19,989 nucleotides of DNA from Deltaproteobacteria bacterium (GTDB lineage Bacteria; Myxococcota_C; UBA6777). The DNA lies in contig PCBK01000053.1 of assembly GCA_002731275.1 (NCBI GenBank), positions 100,275 to 120,263 of the forward strand, given 5' to 3'. Shown here piece after piece: positions 16,600-19,989 of the stretch (its first letter is position 1; each line of letters starts with the position of its first letter). The translations under genes were made by a program, and so were the position numbers. The notes under the pieces were generated by a model. It did no database searches. It was not told where the DNA came from and saw only the letters and a program-made list of their open reading frames with translations.

Positions 16600-16716
16600 T
16601 GGATATCCTGAATTTTTTCCCGATATCACACGATATCGATGGATATCGCGAATTAGTTCAAGATATCGCTTGACAGGTGTGCGATATCTGGACATACTCT
16701 GTCGATATCTGGACAA
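16600..16716. promoter_or_regulatory. Phased array of seven GATATC hexamers (two as the 13-bp direct repeat CGATATCTGGACA) upstream of intI, candidate attI/recombinase or regulator binding region. It contains a sigma70-like TTGACA-17-CATACT facing the cassettes
   Basis: GATATC starts at 16602, 16622, 16632, 16642, 16662, 16683 and 16704, with spacings 20, 10, 10, 20, 21 and 21 bp, about one or two helical turns. 'cgatatctggaca' occurs at 16682-94 and 16703-15. TTGACA at 16670-75, 17-nt spacer, CATACT at 16693-98 on the + strand. Confidence 0.5.
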
Positions 16717-16807
16717 CCATCGTGGATGTCACCTAAAAAGCGGACAAACATTGAATGAGTTCAATAGAATAACAAGTTAATTGTTTTATTGAAATTCAGG
16801 GTTTTAT

Positions 16808-16840
16808 TACTTGCATCAAAAAAAAAACGACATCAAAGTC
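16808..16840. terminator. Weak bidirectional hairpin (A10-ACGAC-atcaaa-GTCGT-ATTTTCTT) in the AT-rich leader
   Basis: 5-bp stem flanked by an A-run upstream and a T-run downstream. Could insulate the cassettes from intI-region transcription. The stem is short. Confidence 0.2.
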
Positions 16841-16977
16841 GTATTTTCTTCCATCGGAAAGTTGAAAAGCATGTAAATCTACCTTATATTTTTTTGCTTT
16901 ATAGGTAAAAATATAAAGGTCTACCCAAGGGAAAATTAGCGCAGGCTTACCATATCATCTTTGCTCCTAATAATATC

Positions 16978-17006
16978 TTGACAACAAAACTATATTCGGA
17001 TATTGT
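16978..17006 (+). promoter_or_regulatory. sigma70-like promoter for the ATPase gene
   Basis: TTGACA (16978-83), 17-nt spacer, TATTGT (17001-06). AAGGAGA sits at 17021-27, 6 nt before the ATG at 17034. Confidence 0.35.
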
Positions 17007-17033
17007 TGTGAGTGAAAAAAAAGGAGAACTTTT

Positions 17034-18317
17034 ATGTTCAATCCAGAAAACGGTTTTACTTCAGATGTAATAAAAAGTCCTGACAGGTTTGTAGGAAGAA
17101 CGAATCTTGTGATGAGTTGTCTTCGTGTTCTAAATTCAGAACATAGCCTGATCGTTATTTATGGCAAAAGAGGAGTAGGTAAATCTTCTCTACTTCGCCA
17201 AATCCAGCAAATTGCTACGGGAGATTTCACTCTCCCGAAAAAAATGAGTTTACAATACCTGATATCAGAAAAACAGAGGAAGTATTTAACGGTTTACTAT
17301 CAATGCGATTCATTAATTGATGGTTGTGATGAACTGCTACTAAGGTTAGTAAATGATCAAGATGGAGAAGATGGCCTTCTTCGACTCGTTCCGGATGATG
17401 GTAAAGAATTAGTAGAGTTTTCGAGAGCAAAAAGCGTAAATGCAGGTGCTGATCTAAAAATAGTAAAGTGGGGGACTCAGGGAGTTGAAACATCAAGGTA
17501 TGCAAGGACTGTACCTGGTGACGTTGTCCAAACATTTAGAAATTTTTTGAATTCTATTATCACACACCAGTTAAATAAGTATGGGAAAGACGGGATTCTT
17601 ATACTTATCGACGAGTTTGATGTGATTAAAAACAAACATGGAATAGGGTCATTGATAAAGTCCTTAACTTCAGACAAAATAAAATTTGCTATATGTGGTA
17701 TTGCAGATGATGTAAGTTCTCTTGTCGAGGATCATCACTCTGTCGAAAGGTTACTTGAAGAAGGTTCAATGCCTGTTCTCCAAATGCCACATAGTGAATG
17801 TTTGCAAATTTTAAACAGAGCAGAGGAACTTTTTGACAACGAAATTAAATTTGTAGGAGAGGCAAAGGAGAAAATATCTCAACTGAGTTCAGGTTACCCT
17901 TATCTTGTTCAACTGTTTGGTAAAGCGTGCATTCATGAATTAAATAAATATGGAAAAAGTGAGGTCGATGAGTTCGTATTGAATGCCGTACTTAATGCTA
18001 TAAAAAAAGGTGAAGCATTTCCCAGTCTTGAAACTAAATATCAAAGAGCCATTGGGAATTCAGAACAACGACAACTTTTGCTGCATCTATTGTCTGAAGA
18101 AGAAGATAATAGGGAGCAACAAGATTTGGAAATGGGATTGGTCTATTTGAAAAACGTTCGAAAAGAGGCTGTAGGTTTAGAAATAGAGAATATGGACCAA
18201 ATCATCCCAAGATTGGTAGATAAAAAATATGGACCAGTTTTAAGTAAAATTCGAAAAGGTGTATACGAATTCGTTGATCCTGTATTCAGAATATATGTGA
18301 ACCTCAGGGAATTGTAA
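17034..18317 (+). CDS. P-loop NTPase of the AAA+/ATPase_2 (PF01637-like, 'archaeal-type' orphan ATPase) class
   Basis: 'FVGRTNLVMSCLRVLNSEHSLIVIYGKRGVGKSSLL' matches the ATPase_2 N-terminal signature (F.gR..el..L.......vI.G.RR.GKTsLl), including Walker A. Walker B 'ILILIDEFD'. A sensor-like 'SGYPYLVQLFG' corresponds to the family's GG.PyyLq motif. About 38% GC with a strong ribosome-binding site. Confidence 0.75.
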   Translation: MFNPENGFTSDVIKSPDRFVGRTNLVMSCLRVLNSEHSLIVIYGKRGVGKSSLLRQIQQIATGDFTLPKKMSLQYLISEKQRKYLTVYYQCDSLIDGCDELLLRLVNDQDGEDGLLRLVPDDGKELVEFSRAKSVNAGADLKIVKWGTQGVETSRYARTVPGDVVQTFRNFLNSIITHQLNKYGKDGILILIDEFDVIKNKHGIGSLIKSLTSDKIKFAICGIADDVSSLVEDHHSVERLLEEGSMPVLQMPHSECLQILNRAEELFDNEIKFVGEAKEKISQLSSGYPYLVQLFGKACIHELNKYGKSEVDEFVLNAVLNAIKKGEAFPSLETKYQRAIGNSEQRQLLLHLLSEEEDNREQQDLEMGLVYLKNVRKEAVGLEIENMDQIIPRLVDKKYGPVLSKIRKGVYEFVDPVFRIYVNLREL

Positions 18318-18470
18318 GAATCAAGGAGCAACTTAGCGATGAACAAGTCGTTGGAGCGAACATGCCAGGGCACATTCGGTAAAGTCGTTTTCCTACACGA
18401 TATGAAGAGATCCTCAACTACACAAAGAGCCCTGTCATATGCGCTCAACTCAGGCGTTATGTTCTGAAGG
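18318..18470. repeat. attC-like cassette-boundary element, copy A (complete). The first ~75 bp are shared with copy B and the whole is a ~127-bp imperfect nested palindrome
   Basis: 18334-18393 is about 83% identical to 19750-19809, and both contain GTTGGAGCGAACATG. The outer inverted repeat is TGAACAAGTCGTTGGAGCG (18340-58) against CGCTCAACTCAGGCGTTATGTTCTG (18442-66). The inner inverted repeat is GAACATGCCAGGGC (18358-71) against GCCCTGTCATATGC (18429-42), 11/14 complementary. It lies immediately 3' of the ATPase stop. Confidence 0.45.
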
Positions 18471-18760
18471 AGAAAGAGTAAACGCCTGACATAGGCGCAA
18501 TATCAGCAGGAATTAGCTCAATAAAGGTTGCAATAGAAATTGCAAAAGACCTTAAAAATGCAACATCATCTCTTAAAGACGCTGAGGTTAAGCTGAAAAT
18601 AGCTGAGTTATTGGAAGCTATGTCTGAAGTAAAGTCGGCAAACACCAACTCCCTTAACATATTTAATGATAAATTTGTCACAGAGAGAGACTCTCTTAGA
18701 GAAAATAATCTACAAAGATATGGTTTAATGGTTTTTATCTAGAGCGTGTCGAAATTTGGC

Positions 18761-18789
18761 TTGAACTGTAATGCTTACCGTGATATAGG
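18761..18789 (+). promoter_or_regulatory. sigma70-like promoter with extended -10 for the EcsC-family gene
   Basis: TTGAAC (18761-66), 17-nt spacer, then TGaTATAGG (TG at 18781-82, -10 at 18784-89). AGGAGG at 18805-10, ATG at 18820. Confidence 0.4.
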
Positions 18790-18819
18790 ATGGAAAAATA
18801 ATATAGGAGGACCTGTGAA

Positions 18820-19638
18820 ATGAGTACTGCACTTTCACAATATGAGAGAACGGCATTGCAAGAGATCAATGATTGGAAAAGTCCTGAAGAGCAAACTTGG
18901 TTTGGTGCAATTGCCAATGCTGTGTCTTATCCTTTCGATTTGGCAGGAGATGCAGTCATGTCAATTCCAGGAGCACAGACTGCTGTAGAAAAAACTGTGG
19001 GAGGACTCATCTCTCTGCTTAATGATGCTGCACAGTGGAGTATTCCTGCAAACTCAGCTGTCGAATATTACAAAGGAAAAAAGCGCTCTGTAAACAATCG
19101 CAAAGATATTTTCAAACTTGATTTGGAAGAAATAGATGAAGCTATATCTTATACCGGAGCAAAGTACAGGGCTCTTGCTGCAGCGGAGGGGGCAGGAGCT
19201 GGGGCAGTAGGAGTTATTGGTATCCCCGTTGATATTGTAGCACTGGTTGCGATGAATCTGAGAGCGATAGGTGAATATGGAACCTACTGTGGATTTGATA
19301 TGTCAAAAGAACATGAGCGCCTCTTTGCAATGAGAATACTTGGAGTAAGTTCGAGCCCAACTGATGCTGCAAAACAGGTTGCCTTAGCTCAACTTACAAA
19401 AATAGGGAAAGAAGTTGCAAAAAAACAAACTTGGAAGCAATTGGAAAGGCATGGCTTTGTTCGATTAATTCAAGAGATTGCAAAATCACTAGGAATTCGA
19501 CTGACAAAAGCAAAGCTTGCTCAAATCTTACCAGGTGTTGGAGCCGTAATTGGAGGTGGATTCAACGCGTATTATACAGGAAAAACATGTACAACTGCAT
19601 ACTATATGTACAGGGAAAGATTTCTTTTGGAAAAGTAG
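18820..19638 (+). CDS. EcsC-family protein (PF12787-like)
   Basis: N-terminal 'LSQYERTALQEINDWKSPE' matches the EcsC 'E..AL.EI..W' pattern. There is a central Gly/Ala-rich 'AAAEGAGAGAVGVIGIPVDIVALVA' segment. The C-terminal 'LPGVGAVIGGGFNAYYTGKTCTTAYYMYRERF' matches the family's conserved 'IP.IGA.IGGG.N...T.......A...FR' tail. Identification is from memory of the family, not a search. Confidence 0.6.
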   Translation: MSTALSQYERTALQEINDWKSPEEQTWFGAIANAVSYPFDLAGDAVMSIPGAQTAVEKTVGGLISLLNDAAQWSIPANSAVEYYKGKKRSVNNRKDIFKLDLEEIDEAISYTGAKYRALAAAEGAGAGAVGVIGIPVDIVALVAMNLRAIGEYGTYCGFDMSKEHERLFAMRILGVSSSPTDAAKQVALAQLTKIGKEVAKKQTWKQLERHGFVRLIQEIAKSLGIRLTKAKLAQILPGVGAVIGGGFNAYYTGKTCTTAYYMYRERFLLEK

Positions 19639-19732
19639 AAAGAGAGTGTTCTTGATTACAAGTGAGAGATTTTGGATGTCACTACTCCTCTTTCACCATG
19701 AAAAGAATGAAAAGATAAATCGATTTGTAAGC

Positions 19733-19809
19733 AATACAATAAAGCAATTAAGCGGTGAACAAATCGTTGGAGCGAACATGTCAGGGCATAGTCGACAAAC
19801 CCATTTTCC
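19733..19809. repeat. attC-like cassette-boundary element, copy B, 3'-truncated by IS insertion
   Basis: Aligns with the 5' ~75 bp of copy A through '...cattttcc', then abruptly becomes GTAACCGGGCGAGC, the IS66-type terminal repeat. It is the only reason the 87-aa ORF 19550..19813 stays open. Confidence 0.45.
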
Positions 19810-19989
19810 GTAACCGGGCGAGCTAGAACGTCTTGAAAAGGAAATGAAAAGAAAAGAAGCAAGCTCCTTCAAAATATCAAACCGAAGGAGAAAAAATATG
19901 GCTTACAATCGTTCCGAACACTGGCGACCAATCATCGAGCAATTCGAAGTCTCTGGCCTTACGCAAAGTGACTTCGCCGAGCAACACGA
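19810..19989 (+). mobile_element. IS66-family insertion sequence, left end (IRL plus start of tnpA). It continues beyond the window
   Basis: GTAACCGGGCGAGC at 19810 resembles the IS66-family 'GTAAGCG...' terminal inverted repeat. 88 bp later, AAGGAG with a 7-nt spacer precedes an ATG whose product 'MAYNRSEHWRPIIEQFEVSGLTQSDFAEQH...' fits the IS66 TnpA accessory-protein N-terminus (W..II..F..SGL.Q..F....GI). Confidence 0.5.
19898..19989 (+). CDS. tnpA: IS66-family TnpA (orfA) N-terminal 30 codons, partial
   Basis: See the mobile-element entry above. Helix-turn-helix-like 'SGLTQSDFAEQH' segment. The ORF runs off the window end. Confidence 0.45.
   Translation, partial: MAYNRSEHWRPIIEQFEVSGLTQSDFAEQH

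Noticed and set aside
16021-16716. 231-aa ORF on the minus strand spanning the intI region and the GATATC array
   Set aside because: Only its last ~70 codons resemble a tyrosine recombinase. The first ~150 codons read through the repeat array in a frame with Ser/Arg/Tyr-rich nonsense. It overlaps the genuine integrase N-terminus (16511-16242) in another frame. It is treated as part of a frameshifted pseudogene, not as a gene.
16600-16716. Possible CRISPR array because of regularly spaced short repeats
   Set aside because: The repeat unit is only 6-13 bp with 4-14 bp between copies. There is no 25-40-bp repeat/spacer architecture and no cas genes. This is a binding-site array, not CRISPR.
19550-19813. 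87-aa ORF downstream of the EcsC gene as a real gene
   Set aside because: Its C-terminal third is the conserved repeat element and its last three codons plus stop come from the IS66 terminal repeat. The ORF exists only because the insertion fused these sequences. The N-terminal part (MEVDSTRIIQEKHVQLHTICTGKDFFWKSRKRVFLITSERFW...) overlaps the EcsC gene 3' end out of frame.

Overview
This ~20 kb window looks like a bacterial chromosomal segment. The first ~16 kb is about 52% GC, and from ~16.75 kb it drops sharply to about 38% GC, suggesting foreign DNA.

The GC-normal part carries, in order: a 3' gene fragment; an AI-2E family transporter with a poly-lysine tail; a 532-aa membrane-anchored hypothetical; a lysophospholipase-like alpha/beta hydrolase preceded by a small acidic protein; an RRM-type glycine-rich RNA-binding protein; a secreted Lys/Cys-rich protein; and a minus-strand operon of a sirtuin, a membrane-anchored MtfA-like M90 peptidase, and a secreted M19-like dipeptidase. 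The dipeptidase ends in four ~70-aa Cys/Trp-rich tandem repeats, also visible as a ~210-bp DNA tandem repeat. This is followed by an SDR-type epimerase, a secreted protein built of ~33-aa amphipathic repeats, and a DUF445 membrane protein.

The most interesting region starts at ~16.0 kb and appears to be an integron-like accessory platform. It holds an IntI-type tyrosine recombinase reduced to a frameshifted, 3'-truncated pseudogene. Directly upstream lies an array of seven GATATC hexamers phased at 10/20/21 bp. Across the GC drop there are two promoter-equipped cassette-like genes on the opposite strand, an ATPase_2/AAA-like P-loop NTPase and an EcsC-family protein. Each is followed by a copy of the same ~75-bp conserved element, and the complete copy is a ~127-bp imperfect nested palindrome that looks like an attC site. 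The second copy is cut by an IS66-family element whose IRL and tnpA start reach the window end.

No tRNA, rRNA or CRISPR array was detected. All calls are from reading the sequence and translations. No database search was possible.
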